A DNA stretch of 64,000 nucleotides, taken from contig NW_026782558.1 in NCBI RefSeq assembly GCF_031769215.1, positions 992,001-1,056,000 on the forward strand, written 5' to 3'. Made by a program: the position numbers and the translations under genes. The stretch's first letter is position 1. Each line of letters starts with the position of its first letter. Below the pieces are notes generated by a model that was not told the origin of the DNA, did no database searches, and saw only the letters and a list, made by a program, of their open reading frames with translations. Source of the DNA: Ylistrum balloti. Its lineage: Eukaryota. Below, one piece after another: positions 1-14,200 of the stretch.

Positions 1-1
1 A

Positions 2-89
2 TATATTACTCAATACCTATCATTACAATACATACAGATTTATATTACTCAATACCTATCATTACAATACATACAGGTTTATATTACTC
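2..89. repeat. 39-bp tandem repeat, about 2.3 copies (may extend left of the window)
   Basis: TATATTACTC recurs at 2, 41 and 80 with near-identical intervening sequence. Confidence 0.85.
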
Positions 90-251
90 TGTATGAAGCA
101 TCTGTGTCTTTGGACCTCCTTTGAAATAAACTCAGTTTGCCTTTCATATTTACGCAAACATATCACAGTTATTGCGGAAAACTCTTTGCATCAAACGTAA
201 TACCATCAGTTGTTGATATGCAGTGTAATTAAATGTCTTTTTCGATTATAG

Positions 252-914
252 ACTTCTGTACACTGGCCGACGGTTGACCTACGCGGTTCTGCCCTGGACT
301 GCTGGACCCTATCTGTTTGACCAACGATATGGACTGACCAATAATCAGGTAACTCGCTTTGTATGTATGTATGTATGTATGTATATGATGATACTTGCAA
401 AACTAGAAAATAAGTATATCCTGAAAATCAGCATACAGTTACTTACACAAATAAACAAGTATTAGCTTTCAATTAAGGAAAATAGGGGAGTATTGTTTAT
501 TTCTCATGTTATCAATATCGTTACAACTGTGGTGAAACAAAACAGTATAACTGACATATGGTATTAACTCATACTTTTGAAACAATATCGGGTGAACGAA
601 ATACTATAAACAACAATGTCTTGTTGTACAATCTCTATTTATATACTTAAAATATGTAAGGTTCATAACGCCAAGCGCACATGATTTATATCCTATACTT
701 CAGGTCCTGTATTACTAGCCAATACGTCTGAAATATGATTAAAACAGACTTATACGACATGTTCGATGATGTTGGCAAAACGACAATGATTAAACGTATA
801 AATTGTAGTTACATGAAAATCAATAGTGATAGCGAACTTAACAAAGATATGTTGTTTTGACAGACGAAAGCTGTAAGTGACCATTATCCTGTCCATGTAG
901 ATCTGATGTTTTGA
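252..914 (+). CDS. DNase I-family endonuclease, last two coding exons (252-348, 864-914); 5' part lies outside the window
   Basis: The spliced product is RLLYTGRRLTYAVLPWTAGPYLFDQRYGLTNNQ|TKAVSDHYPVHVDLMF*. It carries the DNase I C-terminal SDHYPV catalytic motif and aligns by eye to YDRIVV...AVVPDSALPFNFQAAYGLS...AISDHYPV. Junctions are tatag|A, CAG|gtaact and gacag|ACG, and are in phase. The paralogue is not resolved. Confidence 0.9.
361..384. repeat. (GTAT)6 microsatellite in the DNase I intron
   Basis: Directly visible. Confidence 0.95.
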
Positions 915-1945
915 TGTTACCAAATGTATCGGAAACCATGGGTTACGGCTGGAGTCTCCTGATAACGTCACATTTAGCTAGTTTTTTGGCAAGCTCTACT
1001 AAACCTGATTTCTGAAATGCCATCCTGGTTTCGATTTCGATCACTTCGTATTAAACCGTGTTCTGTTTTGTTTATCGTCTGTTTCATTTTCTTGCAATGT
1101 TAATCTCTGCCCCTTCTCCTAACATACCGATTAATATTTCTCAAACTTTGATTCGGGAGACCTACACTAAGAGGATAAGGGTCAACTAGAACCAAATAAT
1201 ATGTTCCTAGTTTTCTTTTTGTAAGAAACCTCGACATTTTCGTATTTTAAAGACTTTTATGATTAACGGAGTTTTTTTTTTTTTTTTTTAGAAAGGAACA
1301 ACTCTTTTACCTGAAAAGAAGATAAATAAATTAAGAGTTTGTAAATATGTTTATTTTCCTAATTTTCCATAAAAACAAAATATACATATATATTCTAAAA
1401 TGTTGAGATGTAAACTAAACAAAACGTACATACGGATTTGGTACAATTGTTCAAACATTGAGACGAGAAGTGCTAGTTATGTGTTTGGATGTCACACTGT
1501 CACACGATACATTGTCTCTAATTCGTCGAATTTTTCCAAATCCTATAAGAATGACAGAAATCGGAAGATGCTCGGTAAAAAAAGTCTCTGAAAGCATTTC
1601 TTAATGATCAGTTACAAGCTATTTTGGTTTTATCGTTCCTTCAGAAAAAAATATATTGAAGACAATTATTCATGTGGTTATTCTGAAACCACTTTAAATG
1701 CACACTTTGAAAACACATAATATCAGTACGTTTTGTGTGCTTTTGCTAAAGAAAATTGCGATAAAAACGAAATTACGAACAAAACGAATATTGACGGTCT
1801 TGGAGTTTATTTCATGATGAACGCAACACAGGTTATTTTGAATATTATTCAATGAATATAACGTTACTTAGACAGCAGTATCTCCTATAACTCACTGTCA
1901 TGATACCTGTATAGGCAAACGGTATCTCAAAGCACGGGTTCGTAA

Positions 1946-4765
1946 CTATTGCAGTTCAAAATCTGACAGTTGGAATGTCACACCAGGTCCAACAGTGAAG
2001 AAAAGTTCCATGATGTGGGCAAGTCTCTTGAGACTGTCTACGTTACCGCAGGAACTCACGTCACCATCATCAAAACCGTCAGAAATGCACATCTGTCTCT
2101 CTATAATGATCCTGAAATGATAAACATGATTTTGATAAAAAGATTGCTTTCTGATGCAATTATTTAACTGTTGATGGAGAAATGTATTAACATTTATATT
2201 TCGACATTGGAATGTGATTGGTAAAAACGTTCTGTGGATTAGCGAACATTAATTCTACCCACGAGGAAAAGTAAAATAAATCATCTTCAGTTTTAAAGTA
2301 CCTTTCTATATATAGAAATAATGATCATAATCATGTTAATCATGATAATGTTTAAAAGCAAAAATGCGCATTTTATATTTCCTATTCATTTTGTTTTCAT
2401 GAAACCTTTTAAAAAAGAGTCATTATGCAAGACAGCTTTGTCCGCCTTTGATCTGATGTCATGTTATGATTATCTTATTAAAAAAATATATGAAGAGAAG
2501 GCCAAAATGGTAACAGTTGTAAAATATACACGAGTAATAGTTTTAGTAGTTGATTTCAGGATAGAATTTTCCCCCATGAATCACGAAGTAATAACAAAAT
2601 TGGGTTTCTTGACCTATTTCAGGAATTAACTTACATTTTACCATTTAATTACCTTAATATCAGAAAAAAATATTTTTTCGAAGTTTTCAAGTGGAACTAA
2701 CGTTGGAAAGAACAACATTTTTACCTCATGTACTGCCTTGACAAAATGTATTTCTAAAACGCGTTCATTTCAGGGATAGGATTTATATTGCTTTCCATAA
2801 AAAAAAGCACTCGGCCGAAGAGTGTGGAAGATCTGAATTTATTATGTTGACAATGGACAAAAAATCCTAAAAGTACTTGTAAAACGAAACTATGGAAAAA
2901 TCCTTGAAAACCGCAGGATTGGTCAATGAAATATGTATATCTTCGTTTTTAATGTACGCCACGGTATAAAAACAAAATGGCGGTCTCTTTGCATTTTTAG
3001 ATCTTTAAGTAGGCACTTGATTTGATGTGGTAGGCATGAAAGAAACATGAAATAATTGTACGTATCATTGTAAATGCATTCACTTTCATTGTATTATAAC
3101 TATTTCATTCAAAAGCAGGTAATCTGGAAATCTTGTTTAAAAAATCATATGCAAGTGTCTGGTCAATTCAAGTAAAAAGAGATTCAACACATTGTTTTTG
3201 TCATATATACAATAGCATACCTTTTGTACTCATTTGGACCATCCTCCATATCCTTCAGCGGATTTATAGTCTCTAATTGGCAGGCATGAATGAAAGGCTC
3301 TATCTGGTAGGAGCATTCACTCTCCCAGAAGAAGTTAACTGTAGCGAAACCTGCAAGCACTATGTGAAAAGGTTTGATAAATATATGGGAACAGATAATA
3401 GTACTAATGTTTCCCTCAGTGTAACGAATATTTGCAGATATCTTGTAGTCTAAAATCAACTATTTGACTAGTTTATGCACGTGGTAATTATCTTATCTTC
3501 TTACAACTACATTTCGCATCATTGTCAAGCCTAAAATTATTCTGAAACATTGTACAACCATCAAATGGCATTCTTGGATTATGAGTTTTATAAAGCCAAA
3601 CTAATTTTGCATGAATTTGTACTAAACATTGATCCTGATTCACTTTATACCCATAGACGTTGTCTTAAAATAATTCAATATTAAGAATTAGATTTGAGCT
3701 AGTTGTAAGTACACCTCCCAGAGTCCCAGAGGGATGCAACAGCTGTTCAATGCAGCTTACATTGTCATTTGGATATGCTGAATATCATTCTAAATTTGTA
3801 TTGAAAGGTGTTATTCGCTCATGTGGCTTTTGTACATTCTTGATATATAAGCAAGGGTTATCTTTTTCTTGTGTTGATTATAGGACAAGTATATCAAGCA
3901 GACATTAAGTAGTCACAATTGGCATTGCTAGCTACCATTGGGTCAACATTACATCACATTTAAGAAGCAGTGACCTACTTTTCATAAGTTAGTGTTGTAT
4001 GGTTTTAGTTTTTTTGTTTTGTTTTTGTTTATTTTTTTGTATTTAACATATAATACCATTATATAAAAACTGTAAAAACCTTTAAATACTACAGCCTGAT
4101 GAACAAAAACAGACAGACAGCTCGCGACACATTGGATCATATTGAAAGCGAATTATGAGTCTCAGATACTTACTTTCATCAAGGAACGCTGTGAAGGTGC
4201 CGTTGGCCCAACACAATCCACTAAACACGTGCATATTGTCCATAATTTCGTCTTTGTTGAAGCAGTTTTGTATTTCTGCATGAGAGTGGTTCACCAACCT
4301 AGATAGATTCCTGTAAAATTAACATTGCAATACGCATTTCAAAAGCATGAAAAAGAAAAGACGGAACTAACAAACAAAGCAACCTCGGAAGGTTATTACG
4401 GAAAGAAACGGCGCTAAACGGACAAGTGTTAGTACATTCTTTCCTGCCCTTAAAGGACAAATGTCCTCGAGTCTTGCCAGTTACATAACAAATAACAGTG
4501 GTATCGAAAACGATCCTTAGTATTATTACTTCTTTGATCTGACAAACGTGTAAGCGCTTTGCATGTTCACTGCTGGGTTATAAACAAGTTGCTTCAATGT
4601 GTAAGATTGGTTGCAAGCCCTTCGAATGATTTCCGTATGAACAGATTCGTCTGGGGAAGATGCAGAAAGCAGTAAATTGTGACTCAGCGAAATTATCAGC
4701 CATGCACAACCAAAACAGAAATGTATGATATGTGGAGCCGAATTCCATGAGGTGGCGTTGTTCAT
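1946..4765 (-). CDS. Uncharacterised ~255-aa secreted or signal-anchored glycoprotein; exons 4765-4530, 4310-4174, 3449-3221, 2111-1946
   Basis: Four segments join with GT-AG ends in phases 2, 1, 2 to give 768 nt with no internal stop, ending at TAG. The N-terminus is hydrophobic (IIHFCFGCAWLIISLSHNLLLSA), and the remainder has 5 N-glycosylation sequons (NQS, NLS, NHS, NGT, NIS) and 8 Cys. The start codon and the first donor (AA|gtaata) are the least certain parts. Confidence 0.75.
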
Positions 4766-5296
4766 TGAACCATGTATCACTTGAAGACCATAAAATCACT
4801 TGATTTTCAGATTTTGATGAAATTTGAAATTGGTGACAATGATGAATTACCTTTTCAGATACGTGATATTATCAAATTAATCGTATATACGCGCTAAAAT
4901 AATTTCTTTCATATAAAAGCAAATAGATATCAATTCAATGAAGGTAATCCGTCGTTAAGATATTTAGATTAAAACATTATCACACTATCCACGTTGTCTA
5001 GGGCGAGTAAACAATATTTGAAGCAGATTATATATTTCCTTTTGTACACAGCATGTGATGCTGGTCTAGGTTATATCAGAGCCATATATAACACATATAC
5101 GTCTCTGGTTATCTTAGTAATATCGTGTAAAAGTGGCATTTCTGAAAACGCATAAAAAAAGACAAAGAAAAGACATCAATTCACAATAGGAAGTTTGATG
5201 AATCATTGAAATGTGTGTAAATAAGCATTTTAAAGAATGGCTGTACAGAAATAGCCATTAAAATTAGGTATAAGATAATAGCTCCCGGGCGACTAA

Positions 5297-8200
5297 GGTG
5301 AAGAGAAGAAAATCTTTACTGTTAACACTTGCCTATATACGCAGGTGAAGATGGAAAAAATCTTTACTGTTAACACTTGCCTATACGCAGGTGAAGATGG
5401 AAAAAATCTTTACTGTTAACACTTGCCTATACGCAGGTGAAGAATAGAAAATCTTTACTGTTAACACTTGCCTATACGCAGGTAAAGAATAGAAACTCTT
5501 TACTGTTAACACTTGCCTATACGCAGGTGAAAGGGAGAAACTCTTTACTGTTAACACTTGCCTATACGCAGGTGAAAGGGAGAAACTCTTTACTGTTAAC
5601 ACTTGCCTATACGCAGGTGAAAGGGAGAAAATCTTTACTGTTAACACTTGCCTATACGCAGGTGAAAGGGAGAAACTCTTTACTGTTAACACTTGCCTAT
5701 ACGCAGGTGAAGAATAGAAACTCTTTACTGTTAACACTTGCCTATACGCAGGTGAAGAATAGAAACTCTTTACTGTTAACACTTGCCTATACGCAGGTGA
5801 AGAATAGAAACTCTTTACTGTTAACACTTGCCTATACGCAGGTGAAGAATAGAAACTCTTTACTGTTAACACTTGCCTATACGCAGGTGAAGAATAGAAA
5901 CTCTTTACTGTTAACACTTGCCTATACGCAGGTGAAAGGGAGAAACTCTTTACTGTTAACACTTGCCTATACGCAGGTGAAAGGGAAAAACTCTTTACTG
6001 TTAACACTTGCCTCTACGCAGGTGAAAGGGAAAAACTTTTTACTGTTAACACTTGCCTATACGCAGGTGAAAGGGAGAAAATCTTTACTGTTAACACTTG
6101 CCTATACGCAGGTGAAAGGGAGAAACTCTTTACTGTTAACACTTGCCTATACGCAGGTGAAGCCTATACGCAGGTAGAAACTCTTTACTGTTAACACTTG
6201 CCTATACGCAGGTGAAAGGGAGAAACTCTTTACTGTTAACACTTGCCTATACGCAGGTGAAGAATAGAAACTCTTTACTGTTAACACTTGCCTATACGCA
6301 GGTAAGAGGAAGAAACTCTTTACTGTAAACACTTGCCTATACGCAGGTGAAGAATAGAAACTCTTTACTGTTAACACTTGCCTATACGCAGGTGAAAGGG
6401 AGAAACTCTTTACTGTTAACACTTGCCTATACGCAGGTGAAGAATAGAAACTCTTTACTGTTAACACTTGCCTATACGCAGGTGAAAGAATAGAAACTCT
6501 TTACTGTTAACACTTGCCTATACGCAGGTGAAAGGGAGAAACTCTTTACTGTTAACACTTGCCTATACGCAGGTGAAGAATAGAAACTCTTTACTGTTAA
6601 CACTTGCCTATACGCAGGTGAAAGGGAGAAACTCTTTACTGTTAACACTTGCCTATACGCAGGTGAAGAATAGAAACTCTTTACTGTTAACACTTGCCTA
6701 TACGCAGGTGAAGAATAGAAACTCTTTACTGTTAACACTTGCCTATACGCAGGTGAAATCTAGAAACTCTTTACTGTTAACACTTGCCTATACGCAGGTG
6801 AAGAATAGAAACTCTTTACTGTTAACACTTGCCTATACGCAGGTGAAAGAGAAACTCTTTACTGTTAAACTTGCCTATACGCAGGTGAAAGGGAGAAACT
6901 CTTTACTGTTAACACTTGCCTATACGCAGGTGAAGAATAGAAACTCTTTACTGTTAACACTTGCCTATACGCAGGTGAAGAATAGAAACTCTTTACTGTT
7001 AACACTTGCCTATACGCAGGTGAAGAATAGAAACTCTTTACTGTTAACACTTGCCTATACGCAGGTGAAGAATAGAAACTCTTTACTGTTAACACTTGCC
7101 TATACGCAGGTGAAGAATAGAAACTCTTTACTGTTAACACTTGCCTATACGCAGGTGAAGAATAGAAACTCTTTACTGTTAACACTTGCCTATACGCAGG
7201 TGAAGAATAGAAACTCTTTACTGTTAACACTTGCCTATACGCAGGTGAAGAATAGAAACTCTTTACTGTTAACACTTGCCTATACGCAGGTGAAAGGGAG
7301 AAACTCTTTACTGTTAACACTTGCCTATACGCAGGTGAAAGGGAGAAACTCTTTACTGTTAACACTTGCCTATACGCAAGTGAAGAATAGAAACTCTTTA
7401 CTGTTAACACTTGCCTATACGCAGGTGAAAGGGAGAAACTCTTTACTGTTAACACTTGCCTATACGCAGGTGAAGAATAGAAACTCTTTACTGTTAACAC
7501 TTGCCTATACGCAGGTGAAAGGGAGAAACTCTTTACTGTTAACACTTGCCTATACGCAGGTGAAGAATAGAAACTCTTTACTGTTAACACTTGCCTATAC
7601 GCAGGTGAAGAATAGAAACTCTTTACTGTTAACACTTGCCTATACGCAGGTGAAAGGGAGAAACTCTTTACTGTTAACACTTGCCTATACGCAGGTGAAG
7701 AATAGAAACTCTTTACTGTTAACACTTGCCTATACGCAGGTGAAGAGAAGAAAATCTTTACTGTTAACACTTGCCTATACGCAGGTGAAGAATAGAAACT
7801 CTTTACTGTTAACACTTGCCTATACGCAGGTGAAGGGAGAAACTCTTTACTGTTAACACTTGCCTATACGCAGGTGAAGAATAGAAACTCTTTACTGTTA
7901 ACACTTGCCTATACGCAGGTGAAGAATAGAAACTCTTTACTGTTAACACTTGCCTATACGCAGGTGAGGAATAGAAACTCTTTACTGTTAACACTTGCCT
8001 ATACGCAGGTGAAGAATAGAAACTCTTTACTGTTAACACTTGCCTATACGCAGGTGAAGAATAGAAACTCTTTACTGTTAACACTTGCCTATACGCAGGT
8101 GAAGAATAGAAACTCTTTACTGTTAACACTTGCCTATACGCAGGTAAGAGGAAGAAACTCTTTACTGTTAACACTTGCCTATACGCAGGTGAGGAAGAGA

Positions 8201-11200
8201 AACTCTTTACTGTTAACACTTGCCTACACGCAGGTAAAGAATAGAAACTCTTTACTGTTAACACTTGCCTATACGCAGGTGAAGAATAGAAACTCTTTAC
8301 TGTTAACACTTGCCTATACGCAGGTGAAGAATAGAAACTCTTTACTGTTAACACTTGCCTATACGCAGGTGAAAGGAAGAAAATCTTTACTGTTAACACT
8401 TGCCTACACGCAAGTGAAGAATAGAAACTCTTTACTGTTAACACTTGCCTATACGCAGGTGAGGAATAGAAACTCTTTACTGTTAACACTTGCCTATACG
8501 CAGGTGAAAGGGAGAAACTCTTTACTGTTAACACTTGCCTATACGCAGGTGAAGAATAGAAACTCTTTACTGTTAACACTTGCCTATACGCAGGTGAAGA
8601 ATAGAAACTCTTTACTGTTAACACTTGCCTATACGCAGGTGAAGAATAGAAACTCTTTACTGTTAACACTTGCCTATACGCAGGTGAAGAATAGAAACTC
8701 TTTACTGTTAACACTTGCCTATACGCAGGTGAAAACTGTTAACACTTGCCTATACGAGAAACTCTTTACTGTTAACACTTGCCTATACGCAGGTGAAGAA
8801 TAGAAACTCTTTACTGTTAACACTTGCCTATACGCAGGTGAAAGGGAGAAACTCTTTACTGTTAACACTTGCCTATACGCAGGTGAAGAATAGAAACTCT
8901 TTACTGTTAACACTTGCCTATACGCAGGTGAAGAGATAGAAACTCTTTACTGTTAACACTTGCCTATACGCAGGTGAAAGGAAGAAAATCTTTACTGTTA
9001 ACACTTGCCTACACGCAGGTGAAGAATAGAAACTCTTTACTGTTAACACTTGCCTATACGCAGGTGAGGAATAGAAACTCTTTACTGTTAACACTTGCCT
9101 ATACGCAGGTGAAGAATAGAAACTCTTTACTGTTAACACTTGCCTATACGCAGGTGAAGAATAGAAACTCTTTACTGTTAACACTTGCCTATACGCAGGT
9201 GAAGAATAGAAACTCTTTACTGTTAACACTTGCCTATACGCAGGTGCCTAAAGAAAAGAAACTCTTTAGAAACTCTTTACTGTTAACACTTGCCTATACG
9301 CAGGTGAAATAGAAACTCTTTACTGTTAACACTTGCCTATACGCAGGTGAAGAATAGAAACTCTTTACTGTTAACACTTGCCTATACGCAGGTGAAGAAT
9401 AGAAACTCTTTACTGTTAACACTTGCCTATACGCAGGTGAAAGGAATAGAAACTCTTTACTGTTAACACTTGCCTATACGCAGGTGAAGAATAGAAACTC
9501 TTTACTGTTAACACTTGCCTATACGCAGGTGAAGAATAGAAACTCTTTACTGTTAACACTTGCCTATACGCAGGTGAAGAATAGAAACTCTTTACTGTTA
9601 ACACTTGCCTATACGCAGGTGAAGAATAGAAACTCTTTACTGTTAACACTTGCCTATACGCAGGTGAAAGGGAGAAACTCTTTACTGGTAACACTTGCCT
9701 ATACGCAGGTGAAGAGAAGAAAATCTTTACTGGTAACACTTGCCTATACGCAGGTGAAGAATAGAAACTCTTTACTGTTAACACTTGCCTATACGCAGGT
9801 GAAAGGGAGAAACTCTTTACTGTTAACACTTGCCTATACGCAGGTGAAAGGGAGAAACTCTTTACTGTTAACACTTGCCTATACGCAGGTGAAAGGGAGA
9901 AACTCTTTACTGTTAACACTTGCCTATACGCAGGTGAAGAATAGAAACTCTTTACTGTTAACACTTGCCTATACGCAGGTGAAGAATAGAAACTCTTTAC
10001 TGTTAACACTTGCCTATACGCAAGTGAAGAATAGAAACTCTTTACTGTTAACACTTGCCTATACGCAGGTGAGGAATAGAAACTCTTTACTGTTAACACT
10101 TGCCTATACGCAAGTGAAGAATAGAAACTCTTTACTGTTAACACTTGCCTATACGCAGGTGAAGAATAGAAACTCTTTACTGTTAACACTTGCCTATACG
10201 CAGGTGAAGAATAGAAACTCTTTACTGTTAACACTTGCCTATACGCAGGTGAAAGGGAGAAACTCTTTACTGTTAACAAGAAACTCTTTACTGTTAACAC
10301 TTGCCTATACGCAGGTGAAAGAAGAGAAACTCTTTACTGTTAAAATACGCAGGTGAATAGAAACTCTTTACTGTTAACACTTGCCTATACGCAGGTGAAG
10401 AATAGAAACTCTTTACTGTTAACACTTGCCTATACGCAGGTGAAAGAAAGAAACTCTTTACTGTTAACACTTGCCTATACGCAGGTGAAGAATAGAAACT
10501 CTTTACTGTTAACACTTGCCTATACGCAGGTGAAGAATAGAAACTCTTTACTGTTAACACTTGCCTATACGCAGGTGAAGAATAGAAACTCTTTACTGTT
10601 AACACTTGCCTATACGCGAAACTCTTTACTGTTAACACTTGCCTATACGCAGGTGAAGAATAGAAACTCTTTACTGTTAACACTTGCCTATACGCAGGTG
10701 AAGAATAGAAACTCTTTACTGTTAACACTTGCCTATACGCAGGTAGGACTCTTGACTGTTAACACTTGGAAGAAACTCTTTACTGTTAACACTTGCCTAT
10801 ACGCAGGTGAAGAATAGAAACTCTTTACTGTTAACACTTGCCTATACGCAGGTGAAAGGGAGAAACTCTTTACTGTTAACACTTGCCTATACGCAGGTGA
10901 AGAATAGAAACTCTTTACTGTTAACACTTGCCTATACGCAGGTGAAAGGGAGAAACTCTTTACTGTTAACACTTGCCTATACGCAGGTGAAGAATAGAAA
11001 CTCTTTACTGTTAACACTTGCCTATACGCAGGTGAAGAATAGAAACTCTTTACTGTTAACACTTGCCTATACGCAGGTGAAGAATAGAAACTCTTTACTG
11101 TTAACACTTGCCTATACGCAGGTGAAGAATAGAAAATCTTTACTGTTAACACTTGCCTATACGCAGGTGAAAGGGAGAAACTCTTTACTGTTAACACTTT

Positions 11201-14200
11201 CCTATATGCAGGTAAAGAATAGAAACTCTTTACTGTTAACACTTGCCTACACGCAGGTGAAAGGGAGAAACTCTTTACTGTTAACACTTGCCTATACGCA
11301 GGTGAAGAATAGAAACTCTTTACTGTTAACACTTGCCTATACGCAGGTGAAGAATAGAAACTCTTTACTGTTAACACTTGCCTATACGCAGGTGAAGAAT
11401 AGAAACTCTTTACTGTTAACACTTGCCTATACGCAGGTGAAGAATAGAAACTCTTTCTGTTACTTGTTAACACTTGCCTATACGCAGGTGAAGAATAGAA
11501 ACTCTTTACTGTTAACACTTGCCTATACGCAGGTGAGAAAGAGAAACTCTTTACTGTTAACACTTGCCTATACGCAGGTGAAGAATAGAAACTCTTTACT
11601 GTTAACACTTGCCTATACGCAGGTGAAAGGAACTGTTAACACTTGCCTATACGAGAAACTCTTTACTGTTAACACTTGCCTATACGCAGGTGAAGAATAG
11701 AAACTCTTTACTGTTAACACTTGCCTATACGCAGGTGAAGAATAGAAACTCTTTACTGTTAACACTTGCCTATACGCAGGTGAAAGAACTCTTTAGAAAC
11801 TCTTTACTGTTAACACTTGCCTATACTGTTAACACGCACGTGAAGAATAGAAACTCTTTACTGTTAACACTTGCCTATACGCAGGTGAAGAATAGAAACT
11901 CTTTACTGTTAACACTTGCCTATACGCAGGTGAAGAATAGAAACTCTTTACTGTTAACACTTGCCTATACGCAGGTGAAGAATAGAAACTCTTTACTGTT
12001 AACACTTGCCTATACGCAGGTGCCTATACGCAGGTGAAGAATAGAAACTCTTTACTGTTAACACTTGCCTATACGCAGGTGAAGAATAGAAACTCTTTAC
12101 TGTTAACACTTGCCTATACGCAGGTGAAAGGAAGAAAATCTTTACTGGTAACACTTGCCTATACGCAAGTGAAGAATAGAAACTCTTTACTGTTAACACT
12201 TGCCTATACGCAGGTGAAAGGGAGAAACTCTTTACTGTTAACACTTGCCTATACGCAGGTGAAGAATAGAAACTCTTTACTGTTAACACTTGCCTATACG
12301 CAGGTGAAGAATAGAAACTCTTTACTGTTAACACTTGCCTATACGCAGGTGAAAGGGAGAAGCTCTTTACTGTTAACACTTGCCTATACGCAGGTGAAAG
12401 GGAGAAAACTGTTAACACTTGCCTATACGCAGGTGAAAGGGAGAAACTCTTTACTGTTAACACTTGCCTATACGTAGGTGAGGAATAGAAACTCTTTACT
12501 GTTAACACTTGCCTATACGCAGGTGAAGAATAGAAAGTCTTTACTGTTAGCACTTGCCTATACGCATGTGAAAGGTAGAAACTCTTTACTGTTAACACTT
12601 GCCTATACGCATGTGAAAGGTAGAAACTCTTTACTGTTAACACTTGCCTATACGCAGGTGAAGAATAGAAACTCTTTACTGTTAACACTTGCCTATACGC
12701 ATGTGAATAATAGAAACTCTTTACTGTTAACACTTGCCTATACGCAGGTGAAGAATAGAAACTCTTTACTGTTAACACTTGCCTATACGCAGGTGAAGAA
12801 TAGAAACTCTTTACTGTAAACACTTGCCTATACGCAGGTGAAGAATAGAAAATCTTTACTGTTAACACTTGCCTATACGCAGGTGAAAGGGAGAAAATCT
12901 TTACTGTTAACACTTGCCTATACGCAGGTGAAGAATAGAAACTCTTTACTGTTAACACTTGCCTATACGCAGGTGAAGAATAGAAACTCTTTACTGTTAA
13001 CACTTGCCTATACGCAGGTGAGGAAGAGAAACTCTTTACTGTTAACACTTGCCTATACGCAGGTGAAGAATAGAAACTCTTTACTGTAAACACTTGCCTA
13101 TACGCAGGTGAAAGGGAGAAACTCTTTACTGTTAACACTTGCCTATACGCAGGTGAAAGGGAGAAAATCTTTACTGTTAACACTTGCCTATACGCAGGTG
13201 AAGAATAGAAACTCTTTACTGTTAACACTTGCCTATACGCAGGTGAAAGGAAGAAACTCTTTACTGTTAACACTTGCCTATACGCAGGTGAAGAATAGAA
13301 ACTCTTTACTGTTAACACTTGCCTATACGCAGGTGAAGAATAGAAACTCTTTACTGTTAACACTTGCCTATACGCAGGTGAAGAATAGAAACTCTTTACT
13401 GTTAACACTTGCCTATACGCAGGTGAAGAATAGAAACTCTTTACTGTTAACACTTGCCTATACGCAGGTGAAAGGGAGAAACTCTTTACTGTTAACACTT
13501 GCCTATACGCAGGTGAAAGGGAGAAACTCTTTACTGTTAACACTTGCCTATACGCAGGTGAAGAATAGAAACTCTTTACTGTTAACACTTGCCTATACGC
13601 AGGTGAAAGGGAGAAACTCTTTACTGTTAACACTTTCCTATATGCAGGTAAAGAATAGAAACTCTTTACTGTTAACACTTGCCTATACGCAGGTGAAAGG
13701 GAGAAACTCTTTACTGTTAACACTTGCCTATACGCAGGTGAAGAATAGAAACTCTTTACTGTTAACACTTGCCTATACGCAGGTGAAAGGGAGAAACTCT
13801 TTACTGTTAACACTTGCCTATGCGCAGGTGAATGGAAGAAAATCTTTACTGTTAACACTTGCATATACACACGTGAGGAATAGAAACTCTTTGCTAGTAG
13901 CACTTGCCTATACGCAGGTGAAGAATAGAAACTCTTTACTGTTAACACTTGCCTATACGCAGGTGAAAGGGAGAAACTCTTTACTGTTAACACTTGCCTA
14001 TACGCAGGTGAAGAATAGAAACTCTTTACTGTTAACACTTGCCTATACGCAGGTGAAGAATAGAAACTCTTTACTGTTAACACTTGCCTATACGCAGGTG
14101 AAGAATAGAAACTCTTTACTGTTAACACTTGCCTATACGCAGGTGAAGAATAGAAACTCTTTACTGTTAACACTTGCCTATACGCAAGTGAAGCAAGTGA

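Noticed and set aside
4174-4310. SET-domain NHS motif (NLSRLVNHSH)
   Set aside because: The downstream ELxxDY motif is absent, and the protein has secretory features.
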